DNA of 59,688 nt, filler included, from Sphacelaria rigidula (GCA_964200075.2; 10 parts of 10 records of this genome joined end to end with filler, not necessarily neighbours in it), one strand, 5' to 3'. Shown: positions 23,991 through 36,068, numbered from the whole stretch's first letter. The notes: generated from the letters alone by a model not told the origin. Made by a program: numbers and translations.

Positions 23991-25135
23991 AAGGGAGGGG
24001 GGATGTTGCGCCAAAACAAAATGTACAAACGTAACCGCTCCAACCGCTGAGAGGGTCACCTGTGCTCCTTGGCTCGCATTGGGTACCGCTGCGGAGCCCC
24101 AGCCTACCGGCGCGGGTGGCCGGGCGTTATCGGCGTTGGGGTTGAACGCAGGCGTGGGTGCTGGAATCTGTAGACGGTGGGGCGGTCGGATAAGAAAAAA
24201 AAGATAAACGAACAAACGAACCGCAGAGAGAGATGAAGGCTAAGTGCTGACGCGAAGGGAAGAATAGATGCGCGACACACGATATATCATGCAAAAGACC
24301 AGCGATAAACTCAGAATATCAGGAATCTGTGTCGAAATTTACATCACAAAGGTACTGCACAGTAGTCAAGTGTGAGTAGTGGCTTCCCCTAGACGGAATC
24401 TTCCACCCACGCTTCGTCATCTTCACTCGAACGTTGGATCATCTGCAGGCGTTTAAAGTGTAAGCAGATTGATCTTGCGATGAATTTCCCGCCGCTATAC
24501 TGTCGGGGTGATATGGAGTGGAACGTTTTTTCAGGGGGGGGTGCTAATGACCGTATCTGGTCCAAAAGGTTCGATTCTGTGTTCGAAAACAATGGAGCTT
24601 TTGCGCAGAAGCGGATAGGATTTTCCCAGATCTTGATTGCGGTTGAAGTATGTGGGAGCCATTTCGCAACAGATAGGATCTGATCGGTGTGGGTGAGTCA
24701 GTTCGAAGTCTCTGTGTGTAAGAAGCAGCCAAGGTACAAGGGCAAGTGCACCCACGATTAAGCGACAAGAGCGGGGTGTGGATCAAGCTCAAGGTGAATG
24801 TGTGCTACGGGAGGCGAGCGACGCGACAATCAGCGAGTGACAGCACCTCGAATCGCTGCTGTAGTTCATTCAGCCGAGTGTTTTCTGAGTGTTTGCATTC
24901 GCTCTCCCGCCACTCCCTGTACGTTGTCGAGAGTTGGGTCGTGTGCAGCGCACGGTGGCCAGGGTCGAGGTTTTTTCCTGGTAATCGGATTTTTTCCTCA
25001 CAGCGGTTTCACCGAGGGCTGGGTTTTCCCGTGGCAGTGTTGAGGGTGATTCGTTTCCGAACATATTTTTTCACCACACGCCCGTTGCTTTCGACGGAGG
25101 AAGTGGCGCAGAAGAGAGTGTTCGATTGCAGGTTT

Positions 25136-25445
25136 AATCTTCGAAATATGGTTTAATTCCTTCACCTACTGGTAGCTGTTGACAACTACTACACGCCATA
25201 CAAATTTGTATTTCGATAACCCAAATCTTGGGGTCCTAGATGAAGAACCAATTTTGGGGAATTTAGGTGGTCCGATCGGATCGCCGAAATACTCCAAAAT
25301 TGGTTCTTCACCTAGGATCCCAACATCTTGGTTATCGAAATGCATTTGTATGGCGTGTAGCAGTTGTTAATAGCTACAAGTAGGTGGAGGAATGGAACAA
25401 AATTTCGAAGATTTGGTGTGGACACGAAGGTTTAAAACCTCCGGG
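25136..25445. mobile_element. ~310-bp palindromic MITE (copy 1)
   Basis: CTACACGCCATACAAAT..TTTCGATAACC..TCCTAG.TGAAGAACCAATTTTGG mirrors CCAAAATTGGTTCTTCACCTAGGA..GGTTATCGAAA..ATTTGTATGGCGTGTAG. Second copy at 55836-56189. Confidence 0.85.
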
Positions 25446-28400
25446 TTCCCATCCTCAATGAAAATCTCCATCCTCAATTTCGATGATCGGCTGTTTTCAG
25501 CAGGAGTGTAATATGTGATAGGGCCTGCGCTCCCTGCGATGGATTGTTCGTTTTTGTTTGCTGTGTAAGCGGACACGTAGGGAATCGTAAGCACGCGATC
25601 GTGAAGGAATTAATCCGATTTTGAGTCGCAGGCGCGGTCCCATCGCTATACGCGTAGTGGAACGGAGCAGGCCATGGGTCGACAGAAACATTTCTCCCTC
25701 CCCCCCCCCCCTTTTTTTCATGCCGGCAGACGACGACGCCGGGTGTTCAAGTGGGATCAAGTTGTGGGTATGCGTGTATAGTATCTGGAACACGTCTGTG
25801 GGGTTCCTGTCGGTAGGGCCTTGGCTAGCGGCGTGTGTGTACGCACGACGGCTGGTGGGGAGATTTGATGTGGAAGCTGGTGCGATTGCGCTCGGTGTAG
25901 TCTCCAGATGGGCGCCAACGGTCGGATTCGTGAGGAGTCACACTGTTTTCGAATGGACGATTCATGAGGTTTTCTCCACCTCCCCCCACACACACGTTGA
26001 GGGGGCAGGAGCGGGCGTGCATAATGTGACAAAATTCGAAAGCAACTGCAAACAAACGCAGGTTTCTGGCCGTATCGCACTGAAACGCTGCAGAATAAAC
26101 AACCGAACCATACAACCATCTCACATTGACGGTTGGGATCCGTTGGGTCGAGAAAAACTACCAAGGAGCGAGAAACTGGAGTTGTATGATCGTAGGACCT
26201 CCGACGACCAGGGAGCCTGTACGTCGCCCAAAATGGACTATAAAAAACATTTTACATCTGAAGTTTGTGTCGGGTACTGATATGTTTCTACTGTCGAAGA
26301 TTAGAATTATGCATTACCCGTGTAGCATTTCGGCAACCGAAAAACGTGGAGAAGTCGCTTTCGATCGAAAATGTACTGTTCAGATGTTTGTTGACTGCTG
26401 TGGCGCTTCGCAAGATCAGGGTCGCCGTGCAGAGTAAGAGATGCGCAGGGGATATGAGCAGAAATCGGTGTAACGTTTTGTCCGCCATTTGGAATATACG
26501 GGCGTCGGTCACTTGAAGAAGAGATGATTGATACGCACGAGGCTGGCTACACCACGTGCAAAGTTGAGAAAGGCTCATCATCCTTTCCTTCCGAACACAT
26601 TTTTCCTCGCGTTGTCCAAATTTCGGCGTGGTGTTTCTTCGTTCTCTCGACTAGAGAATTTCAATTACCCCCTCCTTCAGTCAAAATTACATGTTGTAAC
26701 TGTACATTGCCATTGTCGAGCTCGCGTCGGGTCGGGGTGGACGAATGGAAGACACATGGTCGTATGCTGTTCCCGGCAAAAATGTCACGCGTACATATCC
26801 TCAGTCCTCCCACATCAACCCCAAGACATAACCTTGCACGGCTGACGACACCACTCCTGGTTCGACGTTGATCCATCCGGTGTTTCAGGAACCATGATAA
26901 TTTGCTTCCACCACTCTCACGGTGGAAATTGCCGTTAATTTACCGTTTGTATCGAGAAACAGCGGCAAGTAATGCAAGAAACGCATGGCGGTGAAGACAA
27001 GTACTGAGAACGAACGTGAGACTATATCTTGCAGCCGACACCCATTTTTCAGGGTCTGCTCTACCTACCCGGCGAGGATCGACGAACCAACATAACCGCA
27101 GTGTGGAGGGGGGGGGGGTGAGGAGTGTACGTTACCTCTGACTGCTCAGAGAGTGCTGCGTGAGCAGCTTGTTGCGCATTGTGTCGGCAGCGAGGTGCAA
27201 AACGCCCGGTTTCGACCCGACCGTGAGGCCCGGATTTACCGCGTTTGGCGTCATACCCAAGTCCCAAACGCCAATAATCGACATAACAATTCCGTCTCTA
27301 TCCACGAGCATTTTGCGGGATAGGCAATAGGGAAGGGGTATTCACTTCGTGTGCCGAGCGAGATTGCTGCACCAACCTTTCTGATCAGAGTCTAAGTTAA
27401 AAAACGTCAACATGCTGTGTCAAGACAAGAAGCTTACTGTAGCGACGTTCCATATTTTGAGCATCGAGTTTAATTGTCAGTTTTGAGCCGTGTTTCGTCG
27501 GAGTGCGACGTCGTGGCAACACGGACGGATACGCTTCACCGCAGCGCACCGAAAAAGATAGAGGCAGAATCGTCGTGAACACGTACACCACTACTCCGTG
27601 TGCGCCCAATATCACTTTTGGTGAACATGAAAGAACCTTCCTGTATAATATCCATTTTAGCGCCGACTTTTCGCCAAAGAAGAGGGCTGGCTTGGCGATT
27701 TATGCTTTGGCCGGCCTTGGTATTCATCACAGTCTAGATAATCGTTTCATTTTCCCGGCACAAAAATGCTCTCGAGTTTTCAGTTTGTTCAAGATGTTTC
27801 TGGTCTCAACAAACGATAGCTGGATGTATGAAATATATCTGAAATGTGAAATAGAATCGTATTGGAGACATGAGCAAGTGGCAAGTCCTTCGGTACGGAA
27901 TAATTCGCCACGCCCCTTTTTTTAGAAACAATCGACGCCGAACCACCGAAATCGCCATTTCCCAAAGGCGTTTTCTTTGAAGGACAAGAAGCGACTTGAA
28001 TTCCTGGGGAGTAGACTTCAATACTAACACCACGAAAGAAAATCGCACGTGGAAACAAACGTGTTGCAAGTATGAAGAGCGCAAGGAGGCGACATCGAAA
28101 ACTAGGTCGAACATGAGTGGAACGCCACCGTGACAGACGAGTGCCTGGTGTACGGTGTGAAGGGGTTTTGGCAATTCAAGGGGAAAACGAATTACATACA
28201 ATGAATGTTTCAACACTGCGGTATTCCGCCGCCCCCGAAGCGTAAGGAAGTGCCTGCTGCGGAAAACTTCGAAACTCATAACATGAACATTTAAACGGAA
28301 ATTTCGATACTACGTGTTGAGCGGACCACTGTGTCCTGCCTCCAATAGCCTGAGGGATCCCCTACGGCACCGGAACTTACGAAAGGTTGAAATGATTGTT

Positions 28401-28514
28401 CTTTCGTTTTTTATGCTATGTTTCTCCGTTCGTATCGCGTCTGTGTGAGTTTCGGGTGTGGTTTTATTTCATGTTTATTACCTTATACACTGCTTTGGGT
28501 AGTTGATCTGTGAT

Positions 28515-28595
28515 ACCGGAAGACGTCCGCATCAGATGCCCAGTACAGAGTATTGCACAGATATCGGACGGTTTTCAATGCAAAGACAGCATCAA
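28515..28595 (+). repeat. Dispersed repeat, probably a retroposon 3' end (copy on minus strand at 37970-38090 has an (ACG/ACA)n tail)
   Basis: GGAAG.CGTCCGCATCAGATGCCCAGTACAGAGTA.TGC.CAGATATCGGA is shared between two contigs. Confidence 0.7.
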
Positions 28596-29579
28596 ACATA
28601 TCTCGCCACAGACGGCACATTGTGCGCCTCAATTGAGCAATAAATTCCCATGTCTGAGAAACTGCGAGTGGTCGGGTCGATTTTATGGGTGATTCGAGTA
28701 ACGTGTGACAAAAATCTATTTCACACGACTTTCAGATAAGTGTTCAACCGTCTGCTCGAACTGCTACACAGACATAAAAATCGGACCCAGCCGTTCCCCA
28801 GAGTAGGTATACGCGGACACAGAGCATCAAGAAGCTCTCCAAAACCCGAAAGCTCGTGCCGATTGACTGCAGAAAAATGAGCAGCTGTGCTCCATGCCAG
28901 AAATGTAGTGGGTCTCGCGCCACCGTGCAGTATGCTGTTCCACAACGAATCCAACAAATACGTGGCCATTCAGGGATGCTCGAAAAGTACTTCTGCACAC
29001 CTACGTACCCTCACTCCTTCCTCCTACGCAGGGACGATGTTGTGCTTTTTTTGCAGCTTACGCTTTCTTCCTTCTGGCTTTCCCTTCTCAGTTCGTGTGT
29101 ACAGTGCGCATTACCCCTCAGACAGGTGCTAAATACCTACTTGTTGGACACACCCGCATGCTGCGTGGGTTGGCTTGGCTGCATTTGATGGTCATGGTCG
29201 GAAACGATCCCCGACCAAGACCAAACCCTAGGGCAGCCTTGGACTAAAGTTACGAAAACAACGACCACAACTTATATCCAAGCTTCTGCAAAACTATACG
29301 AACGGAAGGGACTCATGATGAGCCTACAACGAAGAGAGACCCCCTGAAAATGAGGTTAGACACTCAAACGAGGTCCAACTCCAATGCAGGGCCTTCCCTA
29401 ACCTAGGGACATGACGAGTACTTTTGACATGGACCACCGCATGACCCCCGGCCTCCGTGAAACTATCTTTGGGAGGCTCCCGTTTTCCGTTCCCCCGAAA
29501 GGGGTATGTGCGAAAGCGCCACATTCCGACTTTGAAGCGTTTCTTTCTCACTCCGAAACCGATGCAAAAAGGTGCGGTC

Positions 29580-29770
29580 GCGACGCTTTTTACGATAGCC
29601 TCCTCCAAACCCAGCCCAAACGTGTCACGACAAAAATGGTCATACGGCGCCTGATGTTCGTGTTCAGGCTGCATGAAGCGCCTTATATGGGCGACATTGG
29701 CGAGAACGAACCCAAGCGTGAGTATTCCCAGCTGCTCATTGTGCTCGGCTTTTTCCAGTTCGATTTACGC
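29580..29770. mobile_element. Partial copy of the long-TIR element at 22731-23435
   Basis: GGCGACAT.GGCGAGAACGAACCCAAGCGTG..ATTCCCAGCT.CTC.TTGTGCTCG is shared. Confidence 0.8.
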
Positions 29771-29795
29771 AAACATTTTGCCTAATTAAACCAGG

Positions 29796-29895
29796 NNNNN
29801 NNNNNNNNNNNNNNNNNNNNNNNNNNNNNNNNNNNNNNNTTAATTAATTAANNNNNNNNNNNNNNNNNNNNNNNNNNNNNNNNNNNNNNNNNNNN
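29796..29895. other. Artificial contig linker
   Basis: 44 N + TTAATTAATTAA + 44 N. Confidence 0.98.
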
Positions 29896-29957
29896 GGCAT
29901 TGTAGGGATGCGAGGTCAATGGTCTGATGACTATGGCATGCATTATCACGAGTACAC
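29896..29957 (+). mobile_element. 3' end of a sister retroposon family (GTAGGGATGCGAGGTCAATGGTC...GAGTACA + C tract)
   Basis: Shares the GGGATGCG.GGTCAATGGTC core with the LINE 3' end. Copies at 32943-33045 (-) and 41854-41930 (-). Confidence 0.65.
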
Positions 29958-29970
29958 CCCCCCTCCACCC

Positions 29971-30905
29971 GGAAGGGTGCAAGACAACAGTAAGAGGCAT
30001 GATGGAAATAAGGGGAAAATAAACGCTCAGACGCAAAGTAAACGAGGAAGAACACCTGAAGATATACGGGGTGTTGAAGAGGGGATCGGGATGAAGACAT
30101 ATCTGCATGGCCCAGTAGACGCCGCGAAAAAAATGAAACTACGCTTTCGGGTGGGGGACCTGGACCTGCCAAAACGAAGGAAAAGGTACTCCAGTAGTCG
30201 TGTGGAGGAGGAAGAAGATGCACAGAGCTACCCCTGTGGCGAAGTAATAGAGAATAGAACTTATATAGTGGCAGAATGTGAACTATACAAGGGGGAACGG
30301 GACGTGCTAGAGAGGGAACTGTGGGGAGTAAATAAAGGTGGAATCAAATCGTTTGATGTACTTACCAGTAGGGAGAAAGCGATGGCTATACAAGAAGATA
30401 GATGGCGGCCACAGACGGCGAAACAGGATGAGAATAAGATATGCAAAAGTTTTTTTGTGTGATGCATGTATCCCCGGTGGTGTAATGGTCCGACTGTCGC
30501 CATTTGGGTGGAGAGAACGGGGGTTCGATTCCCGATGTGTTGGGTTTTTTCTTCGTAATGTACTATTTCCACCGTGGAAAGCGTGAGGACGTGAGTGAAC
30601 AAAGTAGTCGACTGACATTGTGTGGCGTGAGTAGACGCGGTGCGGGAGTGCTGATCCAACCCGTGAGGCCAAAACGTAAGGCACGTATCGGGGGAGATAT
30701 GGGTTCATCCCTTGAGCCCACGGACTCATCCCGAGGAAGGGGAACGGGTTAAAAGTGTGAGGAAAAAAAGATGTATAAATGGAAGAAAAGTAATGAACGC
30801 CGGAATGTTGGAGGTTTCTCTATTAGGAGCAGGAATGGTGCTCCGTCTCGAAAGGGATGCGTGGTCAATGGTCAAACGACCAAGGCTAGTAACAACTGAG
30901 TACGC
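29971..30905 (+). mobile_element. 5'-truncated non-LTR retrotransposon (ORF2 C-terminus with degenerate CCHC zinc knuckle, plus 3' end), interrupted by a SINE
   Basis: KLRFRVGDLDLPKRRKRY...YPCGEVIENRTYIVAECELYKGER fits the L.FR.G...L and C..C....E...H....C..Y...R pattern of non-LTR ORF2 C-termini. Starts right after a C tract and ends GAGTACG before a C-rich tract. Confidence 0.82.
30471..30769 (+). mobile_element. tRNA-derived SINE (~300 bp)
   Basis: Pol III A box TGGTGTAATGG (30478-30488) and B box GGTTCGATTCC (30522-30532), A-rich end. Splits the LINE sequence. Second copy at 37420-37751 (-). Confidence 0.82.
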
Positions 30906-31890
30906 GGCCTCCCCCCCTTCCCCGCCCAGGTTGAGGAATATCGTAGGTACGAGAGTAGTGGCACGCATCAGGGTTCAAAGCATGATCTCTTTGGGTGTGG
31001 GTTGGTGGAGTCACGGTAGTAGAGTTCGTAGTTTGTGCGATAAGGTGACCTGTGTCTGTGTGTAAAAGGTCAAAACGTTATGCGCTGAACTACGGAATTA
31101 TTTCTCTTCGTCTCACCCCCCACCCCCCCCCACCCACCCCAAACGCAGGATATGGGGTTTGTATACGAGTAGTGAAGAAAACAAATGGCCCGAGTCGCCA
31201 TCCCGAAGGAAAAGGGGCGCATGAAATATTCTCTTTATGGCTTCCCATTTTCGCAATAAACCCTACCCGGAATCAAAACAAGAAACAACCACCAACAAAC
31301 ATCCATATCCCACCCCAAAAATGAGTCATCATCTGTCCATCGCCAATTGGTCATCTATTCATGAATTCACCGACCCTTCTTGACCGCATCAGTTTCACTT
31401 GAAAAACGACTGAAAAAAATGCCGATTGACGAATGTACCACCGCTCGCAGTCACAGCGTTTTACACCCCTGGTTAGTGGGCGTCCGGTCCCAAAAAAGTG
31501 CAAGTATCGGATAAATTATTTCATTTCGTGAAAAGATGATGGGTGGACGGATACTTGTCGGGATTTTCCCGTTTCATGTGGTGGTATCCACAAAATATTG
31601 AGAACTCCATGATCCATTCATGTGCATTCTTGATTTTCATGTGTTTACGTGTTGCCCCCCTTGCCCTGTCGCTTCCCCCCCGCCCCGCCCCCCCACCCCC
31701 CGGTTACTGCCGCACGCCCCACTCCCCGGCGAATTCGAAGCACAGGTGCATCAACACAATAAGCACGAGGAATTGCTGCCATTACTGGCAGCGGAGAGCG
31801 ATCTCTTGACGCACTCTGAGTCTCCTTCGAGGGTCGTAGATTTATAGTGAATGTACTGACTGCATTTGAAACAGGGGGGAGGGGGGGGGG

Positions 31891-31923
31891 CGTACTCACT
31901 TGTTGCTTGCCTTAGTCAGTGGT
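31891..31923 (-). mobile_element. 33-bp extreme 5'-truncated LINE insertion with a 19-bp TSD
   Basis: AACAGGGGGGAGGGGGGGG at 31870-31888 and at 31924-31942 flanks CGTACTCACTTGTTGCTTGCCTTAGTCA. Confidence 0.8.
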
Positions 31924-32034
31924 AACAGGGGGGAGGGGGGGGAGTTTACTCAAGATCATTCATGCCATATAAGTAGTCAGCATCATAAGTCTTCAGAATT
32001 CGTAGTTAATGTGGTTTTTGAGCTCTTCTCGAGT

Positions 32035-32620
32035 ACTATTTTTCATTACTACTTGAAAGTGCTAGCGCAGGTAAATTTAGGGGGGAAGCGTAGGCCGCGC
32101 TGAAACTGCAGTGCCCAACTTGGTGTTTTTGGGGCGATACGGACTAGATACCCCGTTTATCAGGTGGGTGTTGTTGACCGTTTTTGGTCCAACAAAACAG
32201 TTTTCCGGCTCTTCCGCAGCGAAATGGTAAATATACAGATAAATGAATATGTATACACTTCTTCACATCAAGGATCGAGATCGTGTTTCCCTCCTACACT
32301 GCACAGACCTCAGTCTAGCATTTTCTGTGGATGACCTCTTCTCTTTTTTTTCGCATAATATTTTCCATGAGCACTCGAAAGTGCTAGCGTCGATAGTTTT
32401 GGCAAAATAAGCAGACTGCTCAAATCACAATGCCGGAGTTGGTGTTGTGGGGGCGATACGGAGTAAAGACCCCGTTTATCAAGAGGGTGTTATTGACCGT
32501 GAATGGTCAAAGAAACATAGTTTTCCGGCTTTAGCGCAGTGAATAGGTGGAATTAAATATATATATATATATTTTGAGTCTTCACTTATAGGGTCGAGAT
32601 CGAGTCGGTCCACCTAAACT
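32035..32620. repeat. Diverged ~320-bp tandem duplication
   Basis: GAAAGTGCTAGCG, GGGGCGATACGGA..CCCGTTTATCA, AGTTTTCCGGCT and TCGAGATCG each occur twice, ~320 bp apart. Confidence 0.8.
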
Positions 32621-32942
32621 ACCGAAAAGCTAGAACCTGGGGTTGCACTTTCGCAGGACCCCCGAAGATCGGTTGAGCCCGTAAGTCCCCTAGTATCGAT
32701 TGCAGATATTTTTTCCTTCAATATTTGTCGAGTGGATTAAAATATCCCCAGAATCCCATTTTTTGGCATCCAACAGTCACTGTGATAAGCGGTGGCAAGC
32801 GAAACATATTCGGAAATCGTTGAGAAACGAAGAAATTACGAATTTCGCATACTTCTGACGCTGACTACTGTAGCTTCCGCGGTGAGTGGCGTGTTTTACA
32901 GTATTGTTGCCAACCGACGCCAAACCCTAAAGGGCGAAGGGG

Positions 32943-33045
32943 GTGTAATCATGATCTTGCATGCCGTAGGCATGAGACCATTGACCTCGCACCCCTACAA
33001 AGCCGGGACGGAGCACGCCGGGTCACCGTCGGACCAGGCTTGAGA
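32943..33045 (-). mobile_element. Sister retroposon 3' fragment between G tracts
   Basis: AGACCATTGACCTCGCA.CCCTACAAAGCCGGGACGGAGCACGCCGGGT is shared with 41854-41930. Confidence 0.7.
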
Positions 33046-34465
33046 GGGGGAGGGGACGGGTGTTCCGGGTCCTCTGAACCCGACTAACGGTAGTTCCAGA
33101 CCCGGCCCGGTAACGAGAAGCGCTTATTTAGGTGGAAGCACAAACTGGTTGGTCGGCTTTGGAGTGGTGGATGTATACTGTAGATCATTTCCTCACTCTG
33201 GTATGTCATTGGATAGGACTTGGGGCGGTGGGGCCAAACTACAATCGAACCCCAGTCTTTACGCGAAGTGTTTGTTTTTTGCGGGTCGAATTTCTGCCGA
33301 TGGCGTCTGTTATGCCGAATTTGTAGCTCGCTTTGTATAATTTCAGGCTTGGCAACTCGTAGCCTCGGTTCCCGGTAATTCCGGGCATGGTTTGTATTGT
33401 ATGGACATGAATTGTGATCGGGGCTGATGTTGCAGAAGAGGACCTTACAAGTGCCTACTATCCACGGTTCATCGAGGGCGATCGATACATGCTGGGATAC
33501 CAAAAACAATTGGGTCGGTAGTAGCAAGCTGTAACTTCTGAGCATCGTTGCCTTGCTCGCCAGATGTTCAAATTTTTCAAGTCTCTTCATTATCTGTGAC
33601 GTGTTACTCTTGGCCTGTGGTATTGAAGTGTTTTTGTACGGTGCGTTTTCATGATGAGGGTTCAATACACCTTTTGATTGTGTCCGAGTTGCTCTGCATT
33701 GTGCCGCACGGGTTTTCTGTTGGTTTATTTCTGATCATCGTTGTTTTGCCCGGCAGGTGTTCAACTTTTCCAAACCTCGTGTGTCACTACCGTGTATGTT
33801 CTGTGGTGCTCTCGATCAAGGTATATCAGGAAAGGGTAAACGTATCCAATGAGCGAATCGAAATCGTTTCAAGTTGTTGTATATATGGGATCAAGCAAAA
33901 ATCAGGGTATCGATTCATGAAGCGCATGGTTTGCCGCTGCTTCAATTACTTGGGCGTTGAGTGTTCTGCAGCGAAGGCAGCGACTTGGCACATATGCACC
34001 AAGTATCCTGGAGCGTGACTAAAGAAAGTACAACAAATCCACCTTTTTTCAGTTGTTCATTGGTCATGAACCGTAAAAATATGAGTCGTCCAAATGGAAG
34101 TAGGGCTCGGTACGGGTTGAGTACCCCGGCACATCTCCTTGTCGGGGCAGATATCGAAATATACAAAGCTTGCTGCTCCAAATTCCTGAACGTTTTCACC
34201 CCACGGGTTGAATTCCCTGACGCCGGCTAATCCAAAAAGAAATGGCGACAAATCTGCTTCATTTATCTTCGCTATCATCGTCTTGCGATGCAGGGCTTGG
34301 CCCCTGAGCAAATGCTGACGGACGAAAGAGCGCGATCCCTGAGGATTCACCCAAATCTCGAGACGACTGCCGTGCAATCCCCCCCAGGGATCCCAATGCT
34401 TCCCTTGAATATTTCGTCGGGAACTCATGCGGGCGAGGACACTTCTTCACGCGTGCATATCAACA

Positions 34466-35537
34466 TATGTGTTACAGATTCATTGGTCATTGTCCAGTCG
34501 ATTAGGTTCCCATTTGTCATACTTTGTCATGCTTGATACCTGATGGGTCATACTCCATTGTGTGACCGGGTTGAGCAGCCTGCCCCCCCGTGTTACAGCG
34601 TTGTGGATTATGCATCTTAACTAGCAAAGCACAAGTTAGCCTGTACGCCAATAAAATAAGAGCATCTACGCCATCACGGACTGCTATCTCAGAGGATTCT
34701 CTAGTCTTCACAAATGTAAGCCCGACCTTCATGCAACATATGTTGTTCTGGCTTCTGAGCGGCTCATCGGGTCTGCAGCCCGACGCTGCGAACATGACTG
34801 GCTCTGCACTCGGTAAAGTCGAGCTCGATGGCTTCGATACTCATGATTGTGTTTGAGCCCGCTAGCCCGGGTGCCCATTGAACTGGCACCTTCCTACCTA
34901 GGTGGTAAGTATCGTACCATGACATGGTGTCCAACCCTTGCTTGTGTAGAGTCAACACTGGCATGCTCCGACCACAAACCTTCGGAGGGGAGGGTTTGCT
35001 GGCGTGTGGGTCGGATCAGATAAAATGTTACTTGTTTTATATAGAGTAAATAGTGTGCCTGTGCACAAATTGTAGTGTCCACAGCGTATCTGTTACAGAA
35101 TTATTGGTCATGTTCCAGGCGACTGGGTTCCATTTGTCATACTTTGTCATGCTTGGTACCTGATGGATCATATTACGTTGTTGGATTGAATTGAGCTGCC
35201 TGCCCCCTTTGGGTCACAGCGTTTTGGATGATGCATCTCAACTAGCAAAGCACAAGTTAGCCTGTACGCCAATAATACAGGAGCATCTACGCCTGCGATC
35301 TCAGAGGATTCTCTGGTTTTCACAAAATGTAAGCTTGACCTTCATGCAACACATGTTGTGCTGCAGCCTGCGCGGCTTATGGCATGGCACCTGACCACTG
35401 GTGCGGTGGCTGACTTTACACTCTATAACGTCGAACTCAATGGCTTCGATACTAGAGACTGTGTTTGGGCCTGCTAGCCCCGGTGCCCACTAAACTGGCA
35501 TCTTCCTACCCAGGTGGTAAGTATCGTACCATGACAT
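34466..35537. repeat. Direct repeat pair of ~450 bp (34466-34925 and 35088-35537)
   Basis: GGTTCCCATTTGTCATACTTTGTCATGCTTG, ACTAGCAAAGCACAAGTTAGCCTGTACGCCAATAA and GGTGGTAAGTATCGTACCATGACAT occur in both copies. Confidence 0.9.
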
Positions 35538-35774
35538 AACAGCCGATTTTATTTTTTGGGGTTCAACAATAAAATGGGGTTGAACCTATTTGGGGAGTTT
35601 CGACAAATCGCCCGAAACAGTTCGGTGAGGGAACGCGGTTTCGCTTGTCCTCGGGTGCCAACTAGTTTTGAAAGTTGGCATGGCTACCCGTAGGCTTGTC
35701 GCCGACGACGGCGCCGGGGAACCCGTGCCCGACCACAAGGGTCCTTGCCCGCGTCCTTCGTGTCTTCCTACAAG

Positions 35775-35874
35775 NNNNNNNNNNNNNNNNNNNNNNNNNN
35801 NNNNNNNNNNNNNNNNNNTTAATTAATTAANNNNNNNNNNNNNNNNNNNNNNNNNNNNNNNNNNNNNNNNNNNN
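35775..35874. other. Artificial contig linker
   Basis: 44 N + TTAATTAATTAA + 44 N. Confidence 0.98.
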
Positions 35875-36007
35875 GGGGGAAGAACGTCCGATGCGTCGAT
35901 GTTGATGCAAGAAACAGCGGCAGCAGCAAGAGAGAGGAGCAAACACGAACAGACACGAACACAGAGGGGGACAGAGGGGGGCAGAGAGGAACAGAGAGGG
36001 ACAAAGG

Positions 36008-36068
36008 GGCAGAGGCAGAGGCAGAGGCAGAGACAGAGACAGAGACAGAGACAGAGACAGAGACAGAG
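36008..36068. repeat. (GGCAGA/GACAGA)n hexanucleotide microsatellite
   Basis: Visible directly. Confidence 0.95.

Noticed and set aside
25621..26280. 219-aa ORF
   Set aside because: No motif, includes low-complexity sequence, and has no splice or homology support.
28850..29010. BED zinc finger / hAT transposase fragment (KYVAIQGCSKSTSAHLRT)
   Set aside because: Incomplete Cys/His spacing and no downstream transposase motifs.
30471..30545. Functional tRNA gene
   Set aside because: A and B boxes are present, but the acceptor and anticodon stems do not pair properly and the head is fused to a repeated body. It is a SINE.
33084..34450. Several long minus-strand ORFs (viral or transposase gene?)
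   Set aside because: No family motif could be recognised; they need a BLASTx search before any call.
34900..34915. U1 snRNA 5' end (ATACTTACC) on the minus strand
   Set aside because: It is only the reverse complement of a splice-donor consensus; no U1 body follows.
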